In this document: one piece after another, positions 45,114 to 52,584 of the stretch
How positions within the stretch are numbered: position 1 is the first letter of the stretch
Layout: the number at the start of each line of letters is the position of its first letter
From: Chloroflexota bacterium
GTDB lineage: Bacteria; Chloroflexota; Limnocylindria; QHBO01
DNA: 64,000 nucleotides
Direction of reading: 5' to 3'
Assembly (NCBI GenBank): GCA_038040195.1
Contig: JBBPIR010000002.1
Location: forward strand, 69,296-133,295
Translations under genes and position numbers: made by a program
Notes under the pieces: model-generated
What the model was told of the DNA's origin: nothing
The model's database searches: none
The model's input: only the letters and a program-made list of their open reading frames with translations

Positions 45114-46637
45114 ATGATGACCTCGCGCCCGAGCGCTGCACTGGCCGGGGCGGCCGCCGGGACGGCGGCTATCGGCGTCAATGAGCTCATCGCCGGCCTG
45201 CTGCCCGGCGCGCCCTCGTTCGTGGTCGAAGTCGGCGCGTTGGTCATCTCCCTCCAGCCGCCGGGCGCCAAGCAGTTCGTGGTGGACCTGTTCGGGGAGG
45301 CTGACAAGCTCGTCTTCAACCTGCTGATCGTGGCGGTCGCGATCATCGGCGCCGCGGTGCTGGGGATCGTGGCGCGCACCCGCTTCAGCATGGCCGCCCT
45401 GGGTTTCGTCGGGGCCGGGCTGGCCGCCCTGGCCGTCTCGGTGTTGTTCGACTCGCTGGTGCAGCCGATCCTGGCGCTCGCATCGGCCGTCATTACCGTG
45501 GGTGCCGGGGTCGGGGTCCTGCGCTGGCTGCTGGGAACAGCCACCCCGTTGGTGGCGGAGATGCCCGATTGGTCGCGACGCCGCTTCATCGGTACCTCGC
45601 TGGGGGTGGCCGGCGTGGCGGTTGCCGGCGGCGTGCTGGGTCGTTGGATCGGCGAACAGACGCGCGTCGCGACGCCGGTTGGCATCACCCCGGTTCCCGA
45701 GCCCGTCAACCCGCTTCCGGAGCTGGGAGCGGGGACCGACCTGGGCATCTCGGGCCTGACGCCCATCGTCACGCCGAACCCCGATTTCTACCGCATCGAC
45801 ACTGCCCTGCTCACCCCGCGGATCGACGCCGCGACCTGGCGCCTCACCGTCACCGGCATGGTGGACCGCTCGCTGACCTTCACCTACGACGACCTCCTGG
45901 CCCTTCCGCTGTACGAGCAGTACGTGACCATCGCGTGCGTTTCGAACGAGGTCGGAGGCCAGCTGGTAGGCAACGCCCTGTGGACTGGTGCCCGCCTGCG
46001 CGAGGTGCTGGACACCGCTGGCGTCCAGCCCGGGGCGACCCAGGTCGTGGGCCGCTCATTCGATGGCTGGACCGCGGGATTCCCGACCGAGTGGGTGATG
46101 ACCGATGAACGCGAGGCCCTGATCGCGGTGGCCATGAACGGGGAGGCGCTGCCCGCGGAGCACGGGTTCCCGGCCCGCCTCATCGTCCCCGGCCTGTTCG
46201 GCTACGTGAGCGCCACCAAGTGGCTGACCGAGATCGAGCTGACCACGTGGGACGCGTTCGACGCGTATTGGGTCCCGCTGGGGTGGGCCAAGGAGGGGCC
46301 GATCCTGACCCAGTCGCGCATCGACCTGCCGCGTCCCGGCTCGTCGCTGGGCGCGGGACACGTCGCCGTCGCCGGCGTGGCCTGGGCGCCGGATCGGGGC
46401 GTGACCCGGGTCGAGGTCCAGGTCGACGACGGGGCGTGGAACCCGGCCGAGCTGTCGGTTGCCATCAGCGATGCCACCTGGGTCCAATGGCACTACCCCT
46501 GGCACGCCAACCCAGGCAGCCATCAGATTCGAGTCCGCGCCACCGACGCCACGGGCGATGTCCAGGAGTCGCGGGTTACCGAGCCCGCGCCCGATGGGGC
46601 ACGCGGCTACCACACCATCCAGGTGAGCGTCGGGTAG
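45114..46637 (+). CDS. Molybdopterin-dependent oxidoreductase (sulfite oxidase / MsrP-like) with an N-terminal multi-TM segment.
   Basis: Oxidored_molyb-like core (IACVSNEVGG, GLFGYVSATKW) plus a C-terminal dimerisation/Ig-like domain. Four N-terminal hydrophobic helices. Confidence 0.75.
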   Translation: MMTSRPSAALAGAAAGTAAIGVNELIAGLLPGAPSFVVEVGALVISLQPPGAKQFVVDLFGEADKLVFNLLIVAVAIIGAAVLGIVARTRFSMAALGFVGAGLAALAVSVLFDSLVQPILALASAVITVGAGVGVLRWLLGTATPLVAEMPDWSRRRFIGTSLGVAGVAVAGGVLGRWIGEQTRVATPVGITPVPEPVNPLPELGAGTDLGISGLTPIVTPNPDFYRIDTALLTPRIDAATWRLTVTGMVDRSLTFTYDDLLALPLYEQYVTIACVSNEVGGQLVGNALWTGARLREVLDTAGVQPGATQVVGRSFDGWTAGFPTEWVMTDEREALIAVAMNGEALPAEHGFPARLIVPGLFGYVSATKWLTEIELTTWDAFDAYWVPLGWAKEGPILTQSRIDLPRPGSSLGAGHVAVAGVAWAPDRGVTRVEVQVDDGAWNPAELSVAISDATWVQWHYPWHANPGSHQIRVRATDATGDVQESRVTEPAPDGARGYHTIQVSVG

Positions 46638-46652
46638 GTCACAATCGGCCGC

Positions 46653-47564
46653 GTGCCGAACCCGGTCGCGCCGGTCCTGATCGTGAACCCCATCGCCGGC
46701 GACGGGGCCGGCGGCCGTCTTCTGCCGCGCCTGGAGGAGCAACTCGGCCGGCGCGATGCGCAGATGTTCGTCTCCACCCGACGCGGCCACGCCGAGGAGT
46801 TGGCCGCCGAGGCGGTGCGCGACGGTGCCGACCGGGTCGTCGCGGTGGGCGGCGACGGCACGATGCAGGAGGTCGTCAACGGCATCATCGCCGCCGGCGG
46901 GGGAACGCTGGGCGTCGTACCGGTGGGTCGTGGTAACGACCTGGCGCGCAGCCTGTCCATTCCCCTCGATCCGTTGGCCGCCCTCGACGTGGCGCTCGGC
47001 CCGACCAAAACCACCATGGACGTGGGCCGCGCCATTCGGGGCGCGCATCTCCGCCATTTCGTGGCCGCTGGTGGGGTCGGCTTCGACGCCCAGGTGGCAT
47101 GGACGATGGCCAACCCGCGCCCGTGGTGGAAGAACGGTCGAGCCGGCTACTTCGCCGGCACCCTGGACGAGCTGCGGCGATTCCACAACCAGCGGCTGCG
47201 GATCACGTTCGACACGGCCGACGGACGGGAAGCGGTGGACCACGTCTCCCTGATGGCCGCCTTCGCCAACGGCCCGTACTACGGCGGCGGCATGAAGATC
47301 TGCCCGGATGCGAGCCTGACCGACGGGCAGCTCGACGTCTGCGTGGTGGGCGACCTGACGCGCTTCCAGGCGCTCCGTGAGCTGCCGGGCATCTACGAGG
47401 CCAAGCACGTCCGCAATCCAAAGGTCCGCTTCTACCGCAGCCGCTGGCTCCTGATCGAGGGCGACGAGCCGACCCGCGTCCACCTGGACGGCGAGCCGTG
47501 GGGAACCCTGCCGTTGCGGGTCGAGGCGTTGGCGGCGGCCATTCAGGTGGCGGTGCCGGCATGA
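46653..47564 (+). CDS. Diacylglycerol-kinase-family lipid kinase (YegS-like).
   Basis: VVAVGGDGTMQEVVNG DAGK_cat motif. GTG start. Confidence 0.8.
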   Translation: MPNPVAPVLIVNPIAGDGAGGRLLPRLEEQLGRRDAQMFVSTRRGHAEELAAEAVRDGADRVVAVGGDGTMQEVVNGIIAAGGGTLGVVPVGRGNDLARSLSIPLDPLAALDVALGPTKTTMDVGRAIRGAHLRHFVAAGGVGFDAQVAWTMANPRPWWKNGRAGYFAGTLDELRRFHNQRLRITFDTADGREAVDHVSLMAAFANGPYYGGGMKICPDASLTDGQLDVCVVGDLTRFQALRELPGIYEAKHVRNPKVRFYRSRWLLIEGDEPTRVHLDGEPWGTLPLRVEALAAAIQVAVPA

Positions 47565-47815
47565 GCGAGGCTGAGCCGGCCGCCCGTGGCTGGCAGGTGC
47601 TTGATGCCGCGGGCCGCTGGATCGGCACCGTGGACGACGTCTTTGCCGACTACCTGCTGGTCCGGACCCGCGGCTGGCTGCCGGTCGACCTCTACGTCCC
47701 GGTGACCGACGTCAGCCCCGCCGGCCAGCCCCAGGCGGTTGTGGTTGCCGCCGAGAACGACCGGGATGCGTATGCCCGCTGGCATCGGCCGCTCAAGAAG
47801 GCCCCGCATGACTGA
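47561..47815 (+). CDS. Small hypothetical protein (84 aa).
   Basis: Start/stop overlaps with both neighbours suggest translational coupling. No recognised domain. Confidence 0.35.
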   Translation: MSEAEPAARGWQVLDAAGRWIGTVDDVFADYLLVRTRGWLPVDLYVPVTDVSPAGQPQAVVVAAENDRDAYARWHRPLKKAPHD

Positions 47816-48191
47816 ACCGATGGGCTTCGCGCCGGACGTCCTCGGTCGGCTGCGGACGACTGATGAAGTCCGCATAGAGACCTGGGCCGCGCCCTCGGCA
47901 CAGGCGCATCGGACCACCATCTGGGTCGTGGTCGACGAGCGTGATCGTGTCCTGATCCGAACCTATCGCGGCCCGACCTCGCGCTGGTATCGCGAGGCGA
48001 GAGCCAACGCGCAATGCGTGCTGTGGTTGGGTGGCGAGCCGGTGCCCGTGCGGGCCGAGGCGGCTGACGACCCTGACCGGATCGCTGCCGCCAGCCGGGG
48101 GTACGAGGCGAAATACGCCGGCGATCCGGCCGTGCGGGGGATGGTGGCTCCAGCCCAACTGCCGACCACGCTCGAACTGCGCCCGCGCTGA
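47808..48191 (+). CDS. DUF2255-like protein.
   Basis: RTTDEVRIETW...IWVVVD...WYREA...KYAGDP pattern. Confidence 0.5.
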   Translation: MTEPMGFAPDVLGRLRTTDEVRIETWAAPSAQAHRTTIWVVVDERDRVLIRTYRGPTSRWYREARANAQCVLWLGGEPVPVRAEAADDPDRIAAASRGYEAKYAGDPAVRGMVAPAQLPTTLELRPR

Positions 48192-48208
48192 ACGGGTACC
48201 CTACCCAC

Positions 48209-49117
48209 GTGAACGAGGTCCAGCGTGCCGAGGCCTTCTACGCGCACGTCTCGAGCGGGGGCAGAGTCGAGGCCGATGACTGGATGCCGGACGATTACCG
48301 GGCCGCCGTCCTGAAGTTCGTCGAAATGCACGCCAACAGCGAGCTCATGGGCGTCCTGCCGGAACGCGAATGGATCCTCCGCGCGCCGAACCTGCGCCGC
48401 AAGCTGGCGCTGACCAGCAAGATCCAGGACGAAGTGGGGCACGCCCAACTCCTGTACCGGGTGGCCGAGGACCTGGGCAAGAGCCGCGACGCCATGCTGG
48501 CCGACCTGCTGGCCGGCAAGACGAAGTTCCACAACGTGTTCCACTACCCGACACGCTCGTGGGCGGACGTGGGGATCATCGCCTGGTTGGTGGATGCGGC
48601 GGCCATCGTCAGCCAGCAGGCCCTGCGCGACTCCTCATACGCGCCGTACGCGCGGACCATGAAGAAGATCTGCTGGGAGGAATCGGTCCACATCATGCAC
48701 GGCCGGGACGTCGTGCTGACGCTGATGACCGGCACCGATGCCCAACGCGAGATGGTCCAGGAGGCACTGGACCGATGGTGGGGCCCGCTCATGCAGATGC
48801 ACGGTCCGCCCACCGATCCAGCCACCGACCGCGACCTGATCTGGCAGATCAAGTCAAAGGGCAACGAGCAACTGCGCCAGGAGTTCCTGGCCATCTACGT
48901 CCCGCGCATCAGGGAGCTGGGGCTCACGATTCCTGATCCCGAGCTGCGTCATGACGAGGCAACCGGCCGCTGGCACTACACCGAGCCCGACTGGGACGAG
49001 CTCCGGTCGGTGGTGACCGGCCACGGGCCGATGTCGCAGGAGCGTCTCGAGTTCCGCCGCTTCCATCGCGCCGAGACCCAGTGGGTGCGCGACGCGGTCC
49101 TGGGAGCCGCTGCCTGA
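48209..49117 (+). CDS. paaA: 1,2-phenylacetyl-CoA epoxidase subunit A.
   Basis: GVLPEREWILRAPNLRRKLALTSKIQDEVGHAQLLYRVAEDLG di-iron ligand region. Confidence 0.85.
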   Translation: MNEVQRAEAFYAHVSSGGRVEADDWMPDDYRAAVLKFVEMHANSELMGVLPEREWILRAPNLRRKLALTSKIQDEVGHAQLLYRVAEDLGKSRDAMLADLLAGKTKFHNVFHYPTRSWADVGIIAWLVDAAAIVSQQALRDSSYAPYARTMKKICWEESVHIMHGRDVVLTLMTGTDAQREMVQEALDRWWGPLMQMHGPPTDPATDRDLIWQIKSKGNEQLRQEFLAIYVPRIRELGLTIPDPELRHDEATGRWHYTEPDWDELRSVVTGHGPMSQERLEFRRFHRAETQWVRDAVLGAAA

Positions 49118-49126
49118 GCGGCAGCC

Positions 49127-49447
49127 GTGACTGACCGGGTGTGGGAGGTCTTCCGTCAGGAGGCGGAGGGCGACCCATTCATCCACGGGGGCAGCGTCAA
49201 TGCCCCCGACGAGGAATTGGCCATGCACTACGCGCGCGAGTTCTACGGCCGCCGCCAGGAAAGCGTGCGGCTGTGGGTCGTGCCGCGCGACGCGATCGTC
49301 GAGCTGGACGACCCGGACCTGCTCCAGCCGCCATTCGATCGGTCCTTCAAGCGCCCCGGCGGCTACCTCATCAAGCACAAGCTGGAGGCGGCCCGGGTGC
49401 GTGCCGGTTCGCCGGTCGGCAATGTTGAGCCGGAGGGCGAGGCGTGA
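49127..49447 (+). CDS. paaB: 1,2-phenylacetyl-CoA epoxidase subunit B.
   Basis: WEVFRQEAEGDPFIHGGSV...LWVVPRDAIVE, typical PaaB. Confidence 0.8.
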   Translation: MTDRVWEVFRQEAEGDPFIHGGSVNAPDEELAMHYAREFYGRRQESVRLWVVPRDAIVELDDPDLLQPPFDRSFKRPGGYLIKHKLEAARVRAGSPVGNVEPEGEA

Positions 49448-50214
49448 CGGACCTGGACGCGGCGACGCGGGAGGCGCTGGCGGAGCTGCTGCTCACCCTG
49501 GCCGACGACGAGTTCGTGCTCGGCTTCTGGGACTCGGAGTGGACCGGGATCGCCCCCATGCTCGAAGAGGACGTGGCCACCTCGTCCATCGCCCAGGACG
49601 AGATCGGCCATGCCAAGGCCTGGTACGAGTTGCTGGCCGAATTGACCGATGACGACGCGGATCGGATCGCGTACGGCCGCGAGCCTGAAGCGTACCGCCA
49701 CGCCGCGCTCATGAACCACCCGCGCACCGACTGGGCGTTCACGGTGGCCCGTCGCTTCCTGTACGAGACCGCCGACGCGGTTCGGCTCGAGGCGCTGAGC
49801 CGGTCGAGCCATCCCGGGGTCGCCGGGCTGGCGGCCAAGATGCGGCGCGAGGAGACCTACCATCTCCTCCATTGGTCGGCATGGATGCGCCGCCTGGCGG
49901 AAGGGGTCGGCACGCGGGCGCGCATCGTGGCTGCCCTGGAGCGGCTGTGGCCCGACGCCGAGGCCATCTTCTCCCCGCTGGCCGGTGAGGCGTCACTGGT
50001 GGCCGCCGGCATCCTGCCCGACCGCCTCGCAGCCCTCCGCGCAGCCTGGCATGAGCGAGCGGCGACCGAGCTGCGCGGCCTGGGCCTGCCAGTGCCCGTG
50101 GATGATGAGGCGCCCCCGCCGACCGAGGGGCGGACGCTGCGGACCGATGACTTCCGCTGGCTGTGGGGCGAGTTCACCTCCGTGGCACGCGCTGAACCGG
50201 GAGCCACCTGGTGA
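49444..50214 (+). CDS. paaC: 1,2-phenylacetyl-CoA epoxidase subunit C.
   Basis: LADDEFVLGFWDSEW...QDEIGHAKAWYELL PaaC/PaaI pattern. Confidence 0.75.
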   Translation: MTDLDAATREALAELLLTLADDEFVLGFWDSEWTGIAPMLEEDVATSSIAQDEIGHAKAWYELLAELTDDDADRIAYGREPEAYRHAALMNHPRTDWAFTVARRFLYETADAVRLEALSRSSHPGVAGLAAKMRREETYHLLHWSAWMRRLAEGVGTRARIVAALERLWPDAEAIFSPLAGEASLVAAGILPDRLAALRAAWHERAATELRGLGLPVPVDDEAPPPTEGRTLRTDDFRWLWGEFTSVARAEPGATW

Positions 50215-50732
50215 TCCCGAATCGGGCGCCGGTGGGCGAACCGGAGGCCGCCATCTGGGCCGCCCTGGCCGAGGTTCCCGATCCCGAGATCCCGGCCATC
50301 AGCGTCGTCGACCTCGGCGTGATCCACCGCGTGGAGCTCGCGCACGATCGGTCCACGCTGCGCGTGGAGCTGCTGCCGACGTTCATCGGCTGTCCGGCGA
50401 TCGAGATCATGCGGGAGGCGATCGGCATCCGGCTGAGGGAGCTGGGGGTCGCGGAGCGGGTCGAGGTCAGCCTGACGTTCGCTGAGCCGTGGACGTCGGA
50501 TCGGATCTCTCCGACCGGAAGGGAGCAGCTCCGATCCAGCGGCTTCGCCCCGCCGCCGCACCTGCGTGACCTGGGGGCGCTGGGGGAGCTGCCGACGCTC
50601 ACCGTCGTGCCGTGCCCGTACTGCGGCTCGCGTCAGACGACGCTCGAGAACGCGTTCGGCCCGACCCTGTGCCGCGCCATCTACCATTGCGCCGGCTGCC
50701 GGCAGCCGTTCGAAGCCTTCAAGCCAATCTAG
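50211..50732 (+). CDS. paaD: Phenylacetate-CoA oxygenase subunit PaaD (SUF/FeS-assembly-like).
   Basis: VPDPEIPAISVVDLGVI...CPYCGS...YHCAGCRQPF. Confidence 0.75.
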   Translation: MIPNRAPVGEPEAAIWAALAEVPDPEIPAISVVDLGVIHRVELAHDRSTLRVELLPTFIGCPAIEIMREAIGIRLRELGVAERVEVSLTFAEPWTSDRISPTGREQLRSSGFAPPPHLRDLGALGELPTLTVVPCPYCGSRQTTLENAFGPTLCRAIYHCAGCRQPFEAFKPI

Positions 50733-50741
50733 GAGAGACGG

Positions 50742-52556
50742 GTGGCCCTCGACGGAGATGAGGTCCGCTCCGCCGCCGCGGAGCTGCTGGACGCCGGTGC
50801 CCACGACCCGCTCGACGCCATGCGTCACTCGGCGTCGCATGTCATGGCCGCCGCCGTCCTGGAGCTGTTTCCGGAGGCCCGCCTGGGGATCGGTCCGGCC
50901 ATCCGGGACGGCTTCTACTACGACTTCGACCTGCCGCGCCCGCTGACGCCCGCCGACCTGGAGGCGATCGAGGAGCGGATGCGCGCCCAGGTGGCGGCCG
51001 ACCACGCGTTCGAGCGATACGAACAGGACCGCCCCACTGCCCTGACTGAGCTCGAGGCCGCCGGCCAGCCGTACAAGGTCGAAATCGTGCGCGACCTCTC
51101 GGCGGAGGACGGGCAGGTCATCTCGTTCTACCGCCACGGGGGGTTCACCGACCTGTGCCGCGGGCCGCACGTGGCGTCGACCGGGAAGCTGGGCCCGTTC
51201 AAGCTGCTCAACACCGCCGGGGCCTACTGGCGCGGGGACGAGACCCGGCCGATGCTCCAGCGCATCTACGGCACGGTGTGGGAGAGCCAGGCCGACCTGG
51301 ACCAGCACCTGTGGCGCCTGGAGGAGGCGCGCAAGCGCGACCACCGCAAGCTCGGCCGCGACCTCGACCTGTTCAGCTTCCATCCCGAGTCACCCGCCGC
51401 GCCGTTCTGGCACCCCAAGGGCATGGCCCTGTGGCGGGCGCTGGAGGAGTGGTCATGGGAGGTTCGCCGCTCGGGCGGCTTCGACGAAGTCCGGACCCCA
51501 GCCGTGGTCCGCAAGGAGCTGTGGGAGACGTCCGGGCACTGGGAGCTGTACCAGGACAACATGTTCGTGCTCGACGACTCCGACCATCAGTCGGGGCTCA
51601 AGCCGATGAACTGCCCCGAGTCGATGCTCATCTACAAGACGCAGCTGCGCTCGTATCGGGATCTCCCGATGCGCCTGGCCGATTACTCGTGGCTGTTCCG
51701 CCGCGAACGGACCGGAGCCCTGGCTGGCATGTTCCGCGTCCGCCAGCTGACGCAGGACGACTCGCACGTCCTGTGCCGCGACGACCAGGTGATCGACGAG
51801 GTCAACCTGGCGCTGACCCTGGTCCGGCGCCAGTACGCGCCATTCGGGTTCGAGCCTCGCTTCAAGCTGGCCACCCGACCGCCAAAGAAGCTGGGGACCG
51901 ATGAGTTCTGGGACGCGGCCGAGGGCAAGCTGACCGAGGCGCTCAAGGCGGGCAGCGTTCCGTACGAGATCGACGCCGGGGGCGGAGCGTTCTACGCGCC
52001 GAAGATCGACGTGTTCCTGGACGACGCCCTGGGCCGCGAGTGGCAGATGGCCACCATCCAGCTCGACTACCAGCTTCCCCAGCGCTTTGACCTCGAGTAC
52101 CGCACCGCCGAGGGCGGGTTCGAGCGTCCAGCGGTCCTCCATTACGCCATTTACGGCTCGTTCGAGCGCTGGATCGGCGTCATCACCGAGCACTTCGCGG
52201 GCGCCTTCCCGGCCTGGCTGGCGCCGGTCCAGGCGGTCGTGATCCCGATCGCGGACCGGCACGTGGCCTACGCCGAGGAGGTGCGGACCGCCCTCGACGC
52301 TGCCGGCATCCGGGCTAGGGTGGACGACCGCGCGGAGCGGATGCAGGCCAAGGTCCGCGATGCGCAACAGCAGCAGGTCCCGGTCATGCTGGTGGTGGGG
52401 GATCGGGACGCCGAGTCCCGTGCCGTCAGCCCGCGGCTGCGCACCGGGGAGGCAACCCAGGGCGTGCCACTCGCCGAGTTCGTGGCCGATCTTGCGGGCC
52501 GCATCGCCTCCCGCGACCTGTGGCCGGTCGCCGCCGCGGAGGAGTCCACGGGGTAA
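50742..52556 (+). CDS. thrS: Threonine--tRNA ligase (short form lacking the N-terminal TGS domain).
   Basis: Second-additional-domain HSASHVMAAA. Class II motifs HRKLGRDLDLF, FRRERTGAL and GAFYAPKID. C-terminal anticodon-binding domain. Confidence 0.9.
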   Translation: MALDGDEVRSAAAELLDAGAHDPLDAMRHSASHVMAAAVLELFPEARLGIGPAIRDGFYYDFDLPRPLTPADLEAIEERMRAQVAADHAFERYEQDRPTALTELEAAGQPYKVEIVRDLSAEDGQVISFYRHGGFTDLCRGPHVASTGKLGPFKLLNTAGAYWRGDETRPMLQRIYGTVWESQADLDQHLWRLEEARKRDHRKLGRDLDLFSFHPESPAAPFWHPKGMALWRALEEWSWEVRRSGGFDEVRTPAVVRKELWETSGHWELYQDNMFVLDDSDHQSGLKPMNCPESMLIYKTQLRSYRDLPMRLADYSWLFRRERTGALAGMFRVRQLTQDDSHVLCRDDQVIDEVNLALTLVRRQYAPFGFEPRFKLATRPPKKLGTDEFWDAAEGKLTEALKAGSVPYEIDAGGGAFYAPKIDVFLDDALGREWQMATIQLDYQLPQRFDLEYRTAEGGFERPAVLHYAIYGSFERWIGVITEHFAGAFPAWLAPVQAVVIPIADRHVAYAEEVRTALDAAGIRARVDDRAERMQAKVRDAQQQQVPVMLVVGDRDAESRAVSPRLRTGEATQGVPLAEFVADLAGRIASRDLWPVAAAEESTG

Positions 52557-52584
52557 CAGGGGTTCAGCGGCCTAGACTGGCCGG

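Noticed and set aside
44534-45772. Full 412-aa minus-strand ORF.
   Set aside because: Only the last 175 codons encode a coherent alpha/beta hydrolase (GHSFGG). The upstream 237 codons are Pro/Ser/Thr/Ala low-complexity and overlap the start of the molybdopterin oxidoreductase gene on the other strand.
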